This document shows, piece after piece, positions 32,074 through 42,657 of a DNA stretch of 64,000 nucleotides. The translations under genes were made by a program, and so were the position numbers. Position 1 is the stretch's first letter. Every line of letters begins with the position of its first letter. The notes below the pieces were generated by a model. That model saw only the letters and a program-made list of their open reading frames with translations, was not told the DNA's origin and ran no database searches. Origin of the DNA: an uncultured Acidobacteriota bacterium (GTDB taxonomy: Bacteria; Acidobacteriota; Thermoanaerobaculia; UBA5066; DATFVB01); contig CAWEYG010000002.1 of assembly GCA_963813155.1 (NCBI GenBank), forward strand, positions 32,001-96,000. The letters are read 5' to 3'.

Positions 32074-33012
32074 CTAGAACGCTCCGCTGACGGCCTTGCT
32101 GGGCGTTCCGTCGTGGGTCGTGTTGTCGATCTGATCGATGACCGCGTCGATGGCCGAACTCCCCGAGACGACGTTGATCGTGAGGAGCACAGTATCTTCG
32201 CTCGCCGGAATCCCGAGCTGGGAGAAGACCGCCACGACGACGGTGGCTCCCGGCGCAAGGCCCGTGATTTTGAACGGGGTGCCCACGGGGTTCCCGCTCG
32301 AGTTCGAGAAAGCGGAAACCAGGATGTCCACGGCGGAAGCCGTGCCCGATCCCGTCGGCGTGAGACCGGTGTTGTTGACGAAAAGGTTCGAATAGAGCTG
32401 CGGGCCCGCCTTGCCGACCGTGTCCCTCGCGGTACAGACGAGCTTCGTCGGCTCGCTCGTGGTGATCTCGCGCCCGTTGATCGCCTGGCCGACCGTCCCG
32501 CCGAAAGCGCTGTTGTAGAAACGCGCGGTGGCGCTGCCCTCGCCGCTCTTGAAAAACCCGTTGAAAATGAAGAGCGTCGAGCCGAGAATCCCGTTCGTTT
32601 CGACGCTCGAAGGCAGGAGGCCCGCGGCGACGAGGGCATCCACGAAATCGTCATAGTGCGCGTTCATGTGGCCGCGGACGGCGCCGCCGGTCCCCTGAGC
32701 GACGAGCGCGCCGGAGCTCGAAATGCTGCCCTTCGCGGAAAATGGGGAACCGCCGCTCGTCCCGTCGAAATAGAAATCGATCTGGGTCGCCGACGCCGCG
32801 TTGTTGCCGACGTCGACGGCAGTTTTGAAGAGGGTATTCCCGCTGCCGACCAGTCTTCCGACCGCGGCCAGATTCACGCCGAGCCCCGTCGCGATCCCCG
32901 CGAGCCTGACTTGCGAGGTCTCCCAGTCGGCGACGGTCCCGCGAACGCCCGCGGCCGCGGGCAGGGCGAGCAGGAGGAGGAAACCGGGAAGAACCGCGCT
33001 TTTTTTCGTCAT
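32074..33012 (-). CDS. Secreted hypothetical beta-rich protein
   Basis: Signal peptide MTKKSAVLPGFLLLLALPAAA; [23 protein letters not shown] resembles the N-terminal domain of 47355-49334. Confidence 0.75.
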   Translation of the reverse strand: MTKKSAVLPGFLLLLALPAAAGVRGTVADWETSQVRLAGIATGLGVNLAAVGRLVGSGNTLFKTAVDVGNNAASATQIDFYFDGTSGGSPFSAKGSISSSGALVAQGTGGAVRGHMNAHYDDFVDALVAAGLLPSSVETNGILGSTLFIFNGFFKSGEGSATARFYNSAFGGTVGQAINGREITTSEPTKLVCTARDTVGKAGPQLYSNLFVNNTGLTPTGSGTASAVDILVSAFSNSSGNPVGTPFKITGLAPGATVVVAVFSQLGIPASEDTVLLTINVVSGSSAIDAVIDQIDNTTHDGTPSKAVSGAF

Positions 33013-33055
33013 CAGCGTCTCCCTTTCGCGTCGTTGCATCCAACCTCGGCGGCCT

Positions 33056-34114
33056 TCACGGCCGCGTTCCCGTCGTCCGAATCGTCCCGCCCGGGATTCG
33101 AAGCACGCACCCGCGCCCCGGCGAAACGCACCCGCCGGAAGCGGCCGGAACGAGTTTGCCGATCTTGTTGGCGTGTTGCTCGGTGAACCAGAGCGCACCG
33201 TCCGATCCCGAAGTGATGCCGACCGGCCCGCTCGCGGCCGTGGGAATGTTGAATTCCGTGATCGCGCCGGCCGTGGAGATCCGCCCGATCTTGTTGCCGC
33301 TCTGCTCAGTAAACCAAAGCGCACCGTCCGATCCCGAAGCGATGCCGTTAGGAATGCTCGAAGCCGTGGGAACATTGAATTCCGTGATCGCGCCGGCCGT
33401 GGTGATCCGCCCGATCTTGCTGACGAAGTTCTCTGTAAACCAGAGCGAGCCATCCGGTCCCGAAGCGATGGCTTGAGACCCGCTGCCGGCTGTGGGAACA
33501 GCGAATTCGGTGACGGCGCCCGCGGTGGTAATCCGCCCGATCTTGCTACCGTTCGACTCAGTGAACCAGAGCGCGCCGTCCGGTCCGGGAGCAATATCCC
33601 AGGGCGAGCTGGCGGCCGTGGGAACAATGAATTCGGTGACCGCGCCGCCGGTCGTGATCCGCCCGATCTTGCCGGCGTGCTGCTCCGTAAACCACAGCGC
33701 TCCGTCAGGTCCCGAAGTGATGCCGTGAGGCGAGCTTGAGCCAGTGGGAACAGTGAATTCGGTGACCGCGCCGCCGGTCGTGATCCGCCCGATCTTGCCG
33801 ACGAAACTCTCGCTGAACCACAGCGCTCCGTCCGGTCCTGAGACGATGTGCCAGGGAAAACTGCCGGCCGTGGGAATATTGAATTCGGTGATCGCGCCGG
33901 CGGTCGTGATCCGCCCGATCTTGTCGCTGATCTGCTCCGTAAACCAGAGCGCTCCATCCGGTCCCGAAGTGATGTCCCAGACGAAGCTCCCGGCTGTGGG
34001 AACATCGAATTCGCTGAACGTCGGCGTCTGCCCGCTCGCGGTCCCTTCACCGACCAGGTTGATCGCGCCGACGACCATCACGACCGCGAGGATGACCCGC
34101 CGCGGGAAATGCAT
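33056..34114 (-). CDS. Vgb (virginiamycin B lyase)-like seven-bladed beta-propeller, secreted
   Basis: Signal peptide; seven 42-aa repeats [10 protein letters not shown]...[13 protein letters not shown] (126-bp DNA repeats). Confidence 0.88.
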   Translation of the reverse strand: MHFPRRVILAVVMVVGAINLVGEGTASGQTPTFSEFDVPTAGSFVWDITSGPDGALWFTEQISDKIGRITTAGAITEFNIPTAGSFPWHIVSGPDGALWFSESFVGKIGRITTGGAVTEFTVPTGSSSPHGITSGPDGALWFTEQHAGKIGRITTGGAVTEFIVPTAASSPWDIAPGPDGALWFTESNGSKIGRITTAGAVTEFAVPTAGSGSQAIASGPDGSLWFTENFVSKIGRITTAGAITEFNVPTASSIPNGIASGSDGALWFTEQSGNKIGRISTAGAITEFNIPTAASGPVGITSGSDGALWFTEQHANKIGKLVPAASGGCVSPGRGCVLRIPGGTIRTTGTRP

Positions 34115-34188
34115 TCTGCCTCCAACATACCCTTGAGACTCGCGACCCGCAACCCTTTCGCGCCGAACGATGCAATAAACTAGGATCG

Positions 34189-36979
34189 ATGAACAAAGAG
34201 ACGCCTTCGCTCGACAGTTTCCACACCCGAACCTCGATCTCCTCCGGCGGAAAGACCTACGAAGTCTCATCTCTTCCTCTTCTGGAAAAAGCCGGGTTCC
34301 CGGAAATCTCGAGGCTTCCGGTGTCGCTTCGCATCCTGCTCGAGAACCTGCTGCGGCTCGAAGACGGCCGCGTCGTCAAGAAAGCGGATATCGAAGCGCT
34401 CGCGCGCTGGGACGCGAAGGCCGAGCCGTCCCGGGAGATCCAGTTCACTCCCGCGCGCGTGCTGTTGCAGGACTTCACGGGCGTTCCATGCGTCGTCGAC
34501 CTCGCGGCCATGAGGGATCAGATTCAACAGTGGGGCGGCGACCCGGCGCGGATCAACCCGCTGCGCCCGGCCGACCTCGTCATCGACCACTCCGTGCAGG
34601 TCGATTCGTACGGGACCCCGCAGTCGTTCGCCGCGAACGCGAAGATCGAGTTCGAGCGCAACCGCGAGCGCTACGCGTTCCTGAAGTGGGGACAGACGGC
34701 GTTCGACCGGTTCCGGGTCGTTCCGCCGGACACCGGCATCGTGCACCAGGTCAACCTCGAGTACCTCGCGTCGGTCACGTTCGCCGAGAGCGCGAACGGC
34801 GGCCACCGCGCGTTCTTCGACACGCTCGTCGGGACGGACTCGCACACGACGATGATCAACGGGCTTGGCGTCCTCGGCTGGGGCGTCGGCGGCATCGAGG
34901 CAGAAGCGGCGCTGCTCGGCCAGCCGATCTCCATGCTCATTCCGCAGGTCGTCGGATTTCGGCTCTCCGGAAAGCTGCCGGCCGGGGCGACGGCGACCGA
35001 CCTCGTGCTCACGGTCACCCAGATGCTGCGCGCCCGGGGGGTCGTCGGGAAGTTCGTCGAGTTCTTCGGACCGGGCGTCCCGGCGCTCGCGCTCGCGGAC
35101 CGCGCGACGATCGCGAACATGTCGCCCGAGTACGGGGCGACGGTCGGCTTCTTCCCGGTCGACGAGGAGACCCTGCGGTACCTGCGCCTCTCCGGCCGGA
35201 GCGACGAACAGGTCGCGCTGACGGAGGCCTACTTCCGCGCGCAGGGCGTCTTCGGAGCCGCGCACGAGCCGGTGTATTCCGACCGGCTGGAGCTCGACCT
35301 CGGGAACGTGGAGCCGTCGATCGCGGGCCCGAAGCGGCCCCAGGACCGCATCGCCCTTCGCGACTCCCAGCGCTCCTTCCGCAAAGCGCTCGTCCAGCTG
35401 CTCGAGAAGAGCACGAACCGGGTGAGCCCCAACGCGATCGAAAGGTTCGTCGGCGAGGGCGGCAACCCGAAGAAAGTTCCGACGTCGATGCAGCGGCCGG
35501 AAGAGCTCGGCCACCTCGGCACGACGGCGGAAGTCCAGCTCGAGCAGGAGCGCGTGACGATCGGCCACGGCTCGATCGTGATCGCCGCGATCACGTCGTG
35601 CACGAACACGTCGAATCCCTCCGTGATGATCGCCGCGGGCCTCCTCGCGAAGAAAGCGGCGGACAGGGGCATGAAAGTCCCGAGCTGGGTCAAGACGAGC
35701 CTCGCGCCCGGCTCGAAGGTCGTCACGGAGTATCTCCAGGCGGCGGGACTCCAGGATTCGCTCGACCGGCTCGGCTTCAACCTCGTCGGATACGGCTGCA
35801 CGACGTGCATCGGAAACAGCGGCCCGCTGCCGGAGGCGATCGGCCAGGCCGTCAAGGAGAGCGACCTCGTCGTCGCGGCGGTGCTCTCGGGAAACCGCAA
35901 CTTCGAGGGGCGGATCAATCCCCTCGTTCGCGCAAACTACCTCATGTCGCCGCCGCTCGTCGTCGCCTACGCGCTCGCGGGAGACATGTGCGTCGACGTC
36001 GCGACGGAGCCCCTGGGCTGCGGCGCGGACGGCCGCGACGTGTACCTCCGGGACATCTGGCCCTCGCCGCAGGAAGTCGAGGAGGCCGTTGCGCGGGCCG
36101 TCACCTCGGAACAGTTCCACAAGGCCTATTCACAAGTCTTCGAAGGGGAAGAGACGTGGAACTCCATCCCCGTTCCGCAGGGAAAGGTCTACGCGTGGCC
36201 AGATTCGACCTACATCAAGTCCCCGAGCTTCCTCCACGACCTCCCGAAGACCCCCGCCCCGCTCTCGGACATTCGCGGGGCGCGCGTGCTCGCGCTGCTC
36301 GGAGATTCGGTGACGACCGATCACATCTCGCCCGCCGGGTCGATCGCCGCCGACGGGCCCGGCCGGCAAGTACCTCCTGGAGCAGGGCGTCGAGGCGAAG
36401 CAGTTCAACTCGTACGGCTCGCGACGCGGAAACCACGAGGTGATGGTCCGGGGCACGTTCGCGAACGTCCGTCTGCGCAACCGGCTCGCGCCCGGCACCG
36501 AGGGCGGGATCACGATTCATTTTCCCGGCCGGGAGCAGCTGTCCATTTTCGATGCCGCGATGAAATACGAGGAGGAAGGCGTCCCGCTCGTGGTCCTCGC
36601 GGGGAAAGAGTATGGCTCCGGCTCGTCACGCGACTGGGCGGCGAAGGGCACGCGTCTCCTCGGCGTCCGGGCGGTCATCGCCGAGTCGTTCGAGCGGATC
36701 CACCGAAGCAACCTCATCGGCATGGGAGTGCTGCCGCTCGAGTTTCGGCCCGGCGAGAGCGTCGAGTCGCTCGGGCTCACGGGCGAGGAAGTGTTCGAGA
36801 TCGAAGGCGCGGCGGAAGGTTTTCACCCGGGAAAGAGGATGCTCGTGCGGGCGACGGCGCCCGGCGGCGTCGCGCGGGAGTTCTCAGCGGTCGCGCGGGT
36901 CGATACGCCGAACGAAGGGGATTACTTCCGACACGGCGGAATCCTCCCCTTCGTCCTGCGGTCGATGATGGGGCGCTAG
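34189..36979 (+). CDS. acnA: Aconitate hydratase A (apparent frameshift near 36360)
   Basis: [43 protein letters not shown]. Confidence 0.95.
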
Positions 36980-37224
36980 GGCTTCGAGGAGACCTTTCGA
37001 ACGATCCACGTCAGCAGGATCGCCCCGATGACCGCCACGATGATCGTGTAGATCATCCCCCCTTCGGCGCTGAAGCCGAGGAGCCTCATGAGGAACCCGC
37101 CGGCGAGCGCCCCGATCAGACCGATGATGATGTCCATCAACGCGCCCTTGCCGGGGCCTCCCATGATCTTCCCCGTGAGCCATCCCGCGATCAGCCCGAC
37201 GATGAGCCACCAAATGATTCCCAT
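36976..37224 (-). CDS. GlsB/YeaQ/YmgE (transglycosylase-associated) stress membrane protein
   Basis: [14 protein letters not shown]...[13 protein letters not shown]...AVIGAILL. Confidence 0.88.
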   Translation of the reverse strand: MGIIWWLIVGLIAGWLTGKIMGGPGKGALMDIIIGLIGALAGGFLMRLLGFSAEGGMIYTIIVAVIGAILLTWIVRKVSSKP

Positions 37225-37226
37225 GC

Positions 37227-37745
37227 TCACCTCCTCGCCTGCGAAATCCTCGACATCAGAAGCGCGAGCGCTCCGGCGCCGATGGCTTTCACCAGCGTCG
37301 GATGCTGCGCGTAGAAACCCGAGGCGACGTCCACGATCGAGGGGTCCTTCTTTTCGGCATGCTGGGCAAGGACCTGAACCTGGTCCGGCGTGACCTGGCT
37401 TGCCTGCGCGGGGGTGACGTTCCCGCTCTGCAGCGCTCCGCCGAGAGCACCGAGCCCGCCCGCCCCCGCCAGCACCGAGGACAGCCCGCCGGGCCCGAGC
37501 GCCGAAGCGATCTGATTCAACAGGCCGGCCTTCTGCTCCGGGGTCGACTGGTTGAAGAGCTGGGAGAGCATCTGCGCGAACGGAGGCGTCTGGTCGGAAT
37601 TGAACACGTGGGAAATCCCGTCCGCAAGCGTCCCCTGCGGCACCGCCTGCGCGACCTTGTCAAAGGTCGAGTGGACGTCCGCGGCGGGCAGGGTTCCGCT
37701 CGCCATCTGCTTCGCCAGATCGCCGAGAGAATCGAGCAGTCCCAT
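37227..37745 (-). CDS. Hypothetical protein, YidB/DUF937-like
   Basis: MGLLDSLG start after AGGAGG RBS; QVTPDQVQ...[10 protein letters not shown]. Confidence 0.7.
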   Translation of the reverse strand: MGLLDSLGDLAKQMASGTLPAADVHSTFDKVAQAVPQGTLADGISHVFNSDQTPPFAQMLSQLFNQSTPEQKAGLLNQIASALGPGGLSSVLAGAGGLGALGGALQSGNVTPAQASQVTPDQVQVLAQHAEKKDPSIVDVASGFYAQHPTLVKAIGAGALALLMSRISQARR

Positions 37746-37758
37746 GGTGCTGACCTCC

Positions 37759-38657
37759 TTACTGCTTCTTGGGTTTTTCCTTCGACTCGTGATTGCCCGC
37801 GGCGACGGCGTCGGCCTCCGTCATGAACTTGCCGTGCTTCGTCTTGCCGTACCAGGGATCGCCTTCGCGGTGAAACACCTTCGTCGAAGTGTTGACCCAG
37901 ACCATTCCTTTGGACGGAGGAGTCTGCGCGACGACGTCGGAGGCGGGCGCGGCAGCGGCCGCCTTCGCGGGAGCCGGGGCGGGCGCGGGGTACGAAGGCG
38001 CGGAGGCGCGCGCAGGCGCGGGGGCGGGCGCGGCTTTCGCGGCGGGGGCTGCCGCGGCGGCGGCACCGACCGTCACGAGCGGCGAGATCTTCTCGATCGT
38101 CTTCGCGGAGACTCCCGCCTTCGAAAGATCGCCGACCGAGGTGTACGGCCGTCCCGCGACGATCTTCTTCGCCGTCGCGGCTCCGACGGCCGGCAGGGCT
38201 TCCAGCTCCTTCTCGGAGGCGCTGTTGAGGTCGACCGGTCCGGCCGCGGAGGAAGACGCGGCGGAAGCCGCCGAAGACTTCTTCTCCGCCTTCGACGCCT
38301 TCGCCTCGGGCGCGGCCTTCTTCGCCGCCTCGGGAGCCGCCGCAGACGCGCTCACCGTCACGAGCGGCTTCAGCTTGTCGATCGTCTTTGCAGAGACGCC
38401 GGCCTTCGACAGGTCGGCGACCGACGAGTAGGGGCGGCCGGCGACGATCTTCTTCGCCGTCGCGGCACCAACGCCGGGCAGGGCTTCGAGGTCCTTCGCC
38501 GAGGCCGTGTTCAGGTCCACCGGCGCGGCGGCGAGGCTTTCGGGGCGGCCTTTTCCTTCTCTTTGGCCTTCGCGGCGAGCAGGCCCGCCGGCGACAGGAA
38601 CAGAAAGACTGCGGCGGCGGCGACGAGATACCGGGAAACCTTCGTGGAAAATCGCAT
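37759..38657 (-). CDS. Secreted ComEA-like protein with two helix-hairpin-helix domains and a C-terminal VWVN domain (apparent frameshift near 38530)
   Basis: Two DLN.AS...[20 protein letters not shown] repeats, Ala/Pro linkers, [27 protein letters not shown]; signal peptide lies in the adjacent frame. Confidence 0.8.
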
Positions 38658-38665
38658 CGTTCTCC

Positions 38666-38888
38666 TCACTTCTTCAAAATGTCGGGCAACTTGTCGGTGA
38701 GCCGCTTCTTCTGCTCGTCGACAAGCACGTTGATCTTCTGGGTGGCCTGCTCCTGCAGCTGGCCGGCCTTCTCCGCGAGCTTCTGTTTTCCCTGTTCCAG
38801 CAGGTCTTGCCCCTGCTTTTTCGGCGAGCTCCTTTCCCTGTTCCGCGAGCTCCTGGGCTTCTTCCTTGAGCTTGTCCATGATTCCCAT
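38666..38888 (-). CDS. Small LEA-like amphipathic helical protein, about 73 aa (one extra G in a G-run)
   Basis: AGGAGG RBS; corrected sequence [73 protein letters not shown]. Confidence 0.65.
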
Positions 38889-38980
38889 CGGGGTCAGCCC
38901 TCCTTCCTTGTGAACCTTCGACTTGCAAAAGGTGCCGGATCGTTGGAACAAGACTATAGTATTTGGAAGAGAGGGCCGCC

Positions 38981-39394
38981 ATGATCAAGGATTTCAAGGA
39001 CTTCCTGCTGAAGCAAAACGCGATCGCGCTGGCGATCGGCGTCATCATCGGCGCATCGATCGGCAAGGTCGTCAGTTCGATCGCGGACGACGTGATCAAC
39101 CCCGTGATCGGGCTTCTCCTGCCGGCGGGCGACTGGCGAAACGCAAAGATCGTGCTTTCGCGAGCGACCGATGCCGCCGGCAAGGTGACGGAGAACGCGA
39201 TCGCCTACGGCGACCTGATCGGCCGCCTCGTGGACTTCGTGATCATCGCGCTGGTCGTCTACCTCATCACGAAGACATTCCTCCCGAAGCCCGGGGCGCC
39301 GACGACGAAAGAGTGCCCGGAATGCCGCGAGGCGATTCCGGTCCTCGCGAAGCGGTGCAAGGCCTGCGGCCAGCCGCAACCGGTCGCCGGGTAG
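38981..39394 (+). CDS. mscL: Large-conductance mechanosensitive channel with C-terminal CxxC..CxxC ribbon
   Basis: MIKDFKDFL..NAIALAIGVIIG...YGDLI...DFVII; CPEC...CKAC tail. Confidence 0.88.
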   Translation: MIKDFKDFLLKQNAIALAIGVIIGASIGKVVSSIADDVINPVIGLLLPAGDWRNAKIVLSRATDAAGKVTENAIAYGDLIGRLVDFVIIALVVYLITKTFLPKPGAPTTKECPECREAIPVLAKRCKACGQPQPVAG

Positions 39395-39422
39395 GGGCAC
39401 TCCGCTCGCCACCGGCGCTCGA

Positions 39423-39438
39423 GGGCACGACTCTTGCT
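39423..39438 (+). promoter_or_regulatory. Sigma54 -24/-12 promoter
   Basis: GGGCACGACTCTTGCT (GG-N10-GC) about 30 nt upstream of the DUF481 ATG. Confidence 0.65.
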
Positions 39439-39467
39439 TCCGTGCGAGCCTCGGGAAGGAGTCCTAA

Positions 39468-40197
39468 ATGAAACGAGGGATTTTCACCGGGCTGGCCATC
39501 CTTGCAGGGTCGTGGGCCGCGGCCGAGGAGCCGCCCGCCGGGCCGCCTCCCGTCTGGTCGGGAAAAGCGGAGGCTTCGTACGTCTCGACGTCGGGCAATA
39601 CGAGCGTTCAGACGATCGGGGCGGGCATCGAAGCCGACTACAAGAAGGACATCTGGGACGGCCTCGCGAAGGGGGCGTTCGTCCAGGGAAAGACCGACGG
39701 CGAGACGACCGCGCGAACGATCGCGGCCGAGCTGCGCGGCGGGCGCCATTTCACGCCGCGGTTCGAGCTCTTCGCGCAGGGCGACTATTTCAAGAATGAG
39801 TTCGCCGGAATCGAGCACCGGATCTCCGGAGTGGGAGGCGTCGCCTATTCGGCCGTCAAGACGCCCGCGCAGGAGCTCAAGCTCCAGGCGGGGGTCGGGT
39901 ACACGAAAGAAGCACGCCTGGAAGGCGGGAGACCGCTCCTTCGCGACAGGGCTCGCCGGCTTCCTCTATAAAATCAAGCTCTCCTCGACGACCGATCTGT
40001 CCGACGAGTTCTCCTACGTCGAGAGCTTCAAGGACTCGAGCGACTGGCGGATCGCGAACGCCTTTTCCATTTCGGTCGCGATCAACAAAACGTTCTCGCT
40101 CAAGGCGTCGCACACGCTCGCGTTCCTGAACGAGCCGGTGCCGGGCTTCGGGAAGACCGACACGATCACGTCGGTCGCGCTCGTCGCGAAGTTCTAG
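39468..40197 (+). CDS. DUF481 outer-membrane beta-barrel protein (apparent frameshift near 39925)
   Basis: Signal peptide; WSGKAEASYVSTSGNT start; alternating beta strands; terminal Phe. Confidence 0.82.
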
Positions 40198-40453
40198 GGG
40201 CTTGCTCGCCCCGATTCGCGGCTAGCCCCAGCGCCGGTCTCGGCAAGTCTCTTCGACCCTCGGCCGCAGTTCGCTTTCCCTCGAACCCCCTCACCCGGCC
40301 TTCGGCCACCCTCTCCCTCAAGGTGAGAGGGGAGTTCGAGGGGAAACATCCCCTCGGTTTGACATGCGCGGCCGCCGGGCCTTCGCGCGCGAAGCGCGCG
40401 GCCGCGCCAGCCTGCGCCGGCGCGTTGGCCCCGCCGCTCCCGGGGCTCGCTCG
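40198..40453. repeat. Structured MITE-like intergenic element, copy B, with an embedded CCTCACCC/CCCTCTCCC repeat (40286-40332)
   Basis: 61-bp and 25-bp identities to copy A; left end matches the reverse complement of the right end of copy A. Confidence 0.8.
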
Positions 40454-41146
40454 CTACGGGGTCGCGCTCGACCGCGTCGCCATCAGCAATCCGAGCACGA
40501 CGCCGAGAACGGCGAGCAGCAGCAGGATCACGACCGCGAGCGGAATGAGCATCGCCGCAGCCGCGCGGCCCGGCGTCGTGCGGTGCATGCGAACGGCGCC
40601 CCGGAGGTTCAGGTAGAAGCCCCACACGAGCGCGATCAACCCTCCCATGAACGGCACAACGTTCGCGAGCATCGACACCGATGAATACGAGACGGTCCGG
40701 AACGTTCCCTCGAAGCGCGACGGGGAGTTCTTCAACCCGCCCACGAGCATCAGGCAGAGGTGAAAGATCGCCGACGCGATGAAGAGTCCGACCGTCACGC
40801 CAATCGCCGTCGCGATCGGCCAGAGGACGAGGGCGCAGCCGGTCGCCCGGTGAGGCCAGCCCGCCAGCCACCGGTTCCGGACCGCGAACGGAATGAACCG
40901 CATCCAGATCGGCGCGAACATCAACCCGTAGACCGCGCGAAAGAGCGAGCCGACGACGGCCGAGGCGATCCCGAAGAGGAGCGGGTCCTCGAGCCCGCCG
41001 CTCTCGCGCGTCCGGGCCCACGCGGCGTCGGGGTTCGAAAGGAACTGGGTCACGGTCTCGATGTACGCGCGCGCGACGCCGATCTGCGAGCGGTTCTCCC
41101 AGGGCAGAGCATCCGGGACCGAACCCGGCGGCGGAACTGCCGACAT
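40454..41146 (-). CDS. YIP1 family membrane protein
   Basis: LPWE motif, about 5 TM helices, FEGTFRTVSYS; AAGGAGG RBS. Confidence 0.78.
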   Translation of the reverse strand: MSAVPPPGSVPDALPWENRSQIGVARAYIETVTQFLSNPDAAWARTRESGGLEDPLLFGIASAVVGSLFRAVYGLMFAPIWMRFIPFAVRNRWLAGWPHRATGCALVLWPIATAIGVTVGLFIASAIFHLCLMLVGGLKNSPSRFEGTFRTVSYSSVSMLANVVPFMGGLIALVWGFYLNLRGAVRMHRTTPGRAAAAMLIPLAVVILLLLAVLGVVLGLLMATRSSATP

Positions 41147-41198
41147 CACGTCCTCCTTATGGAAACCTTCCGGAATTGTACTCCCGGCCCCGGGGGAA

Positions 41199-42537
41199 TC
41201 AGCGGCCGGCCGGGGAGGAAGACGCGTTGCGCCGGATCGTCGCGCGCAAGCCGTCCCGCGGCTCGGGCGGCGTCTTGTGGAAGTCGGTCTCGAAGCTCTG
41301 CGCCGGGAGCTGCCACGAATAGTCCCGCAGCAGGGCGATCGCGAAGACCTCCATGAAGAGCGTCGCGAAGTCGAGACCGGGGCAGCGGTGGCCCGAAGCC
41401 GGCCCGGCGCCCTGCGGCACGAACGCGTGCTCGTGGCGCTTGTCTTCGGCCCTTTCGGGCGAGAAGCGGTCCGGATCGAATTTCTCGGGATCGGTGAAGA
41501 CGCCGCGGGCCACGTGGCTGGGCCGCAGCGCCCACATCACCATCCAGCCCGCCGGAACCGACACGCCGTCGAAATCGAACGCTTTCCGGGCCTTCCCGAA
41601 AACCGCCGGAATGATCGGACAGAGCCGCTTCACCTCGTTGACGACCTGGAGGAGGTACGGCATTCTCGCGAGCTTCTCCGGCTTCAGCTCGCCCGAAGGA
41701 GACGCCTCGCGGATCTCCTCCGCGAGCCGCTCCCGGACGCCGGGGTTCTCCGTCAGGTGGCGCACCATCTCGCCGAGCTCCGCGTACACGATGAAGCCCG
41801 CGATCACGATGTGGTGGAGCTCCAGCGCGGCCTGGTCGTCCGTCAGCGGACGCGTCGGCGGCGAGAATGCGCGAGAGACCCTCGTCGCCGGGAGTCCGCC
41901 GTTTTTCCCGGATCCGGCCGAGCAGCGTTGCCAGAATTCGGTCGCGCGCGCGCAGCGCCTTCCAGTACCGGGTGCCGGGCGCGCGGATCGGCAGGGCCGC
42001 GAAGGCGCGCGTGACGACGCCGTAGTCCTGGCGAAGGCGGTCCATTTCCTCGCCCGCCGGCATTCCGATCACGGTCGAGCAGATCACCTCGATCGACAGG
42101 CGCTTCATGTCGTCGAGCCAGCGGATTTCTCCCTCTTCCGACCAGGACCGCAGGTAGCGCTCGACGCTTCCCTGGATCGCGGGAAGGTACGAGGCGAGCG
42201 CCTCGCGCGAGAAGCCCTGCAGCACGGCCCTTTTTCTCGCGGCATGCACCTCGCCGTCGAGCAGCGGCAGGCTTCGCCCGCCGAAGAGCTCCTGCACGTG
42301 CGGCGGCATCGCCCCCTCGCGCATCACGATGCCGGCGTCGATGAAAAGCCCCGCGGCGTCCGCGCCCGCGAGGACGACTGTTTTCCTCCCGAGGATCCGC
42401 GATCGGAAGATGCGGCCGTGGGTCGCGAGGCGATCGTCGATGAATCCGAACGGGTTCTTCGCGAACGAGAGCGTCTCGCCGACGAGAGGAAGCCCTTCGC
42501 TTCCCGGGGGAAGCCGGGGACCGGGTGTCGAGCTCAT
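41199..42537 (-). CDS. Cytochrome P450 (apparent frameshift near 41850)
   Basis: LPPGSEGLPLVGETL, EVKR (ExxR), FDPDRF, PQGAGPASGHRCPG heme motif. Confidence 0.88.
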
Positions 42538-42616
42538 TTCTGTCCTCCGAGTTCTGTGTCAGACAGCATACGCCCGCGGAGAGGGAGCGGATTCCGCGAG
42601 TTTTCCCCGCGGATTT

Positions 42617-42632
42617 TGGCGTCGGGTTTGCA
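42617..42632 (+). promoter_or_regulatory. Candidate sigma54 promoter of mscS
   Basis: TGGCGTCGGGTTTGCA (GG-N10-GC) 25 nt upstream of GTG. Confidence 0.55.
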
Positions 42633-42657
42633 GCCCCGAAGCCCGGGAGCGACGAAC

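Noticed and set aside
33150-34030. Periodic repeats as a CRISPR array or an antibiotic-resistance vgb gene
   Set aside because: The 126-bp unit is in-frame coding sequence without unique spacers or cas genes; the signal peptide and symmetry argue against a true Vgb lyase
38922-38938. Sigma54-like CGGCACCTTTTGCA upstream of the LEA-like gene
   Set aside because: Spacing is GG-N8-GC, not N10; it would need two missing bases
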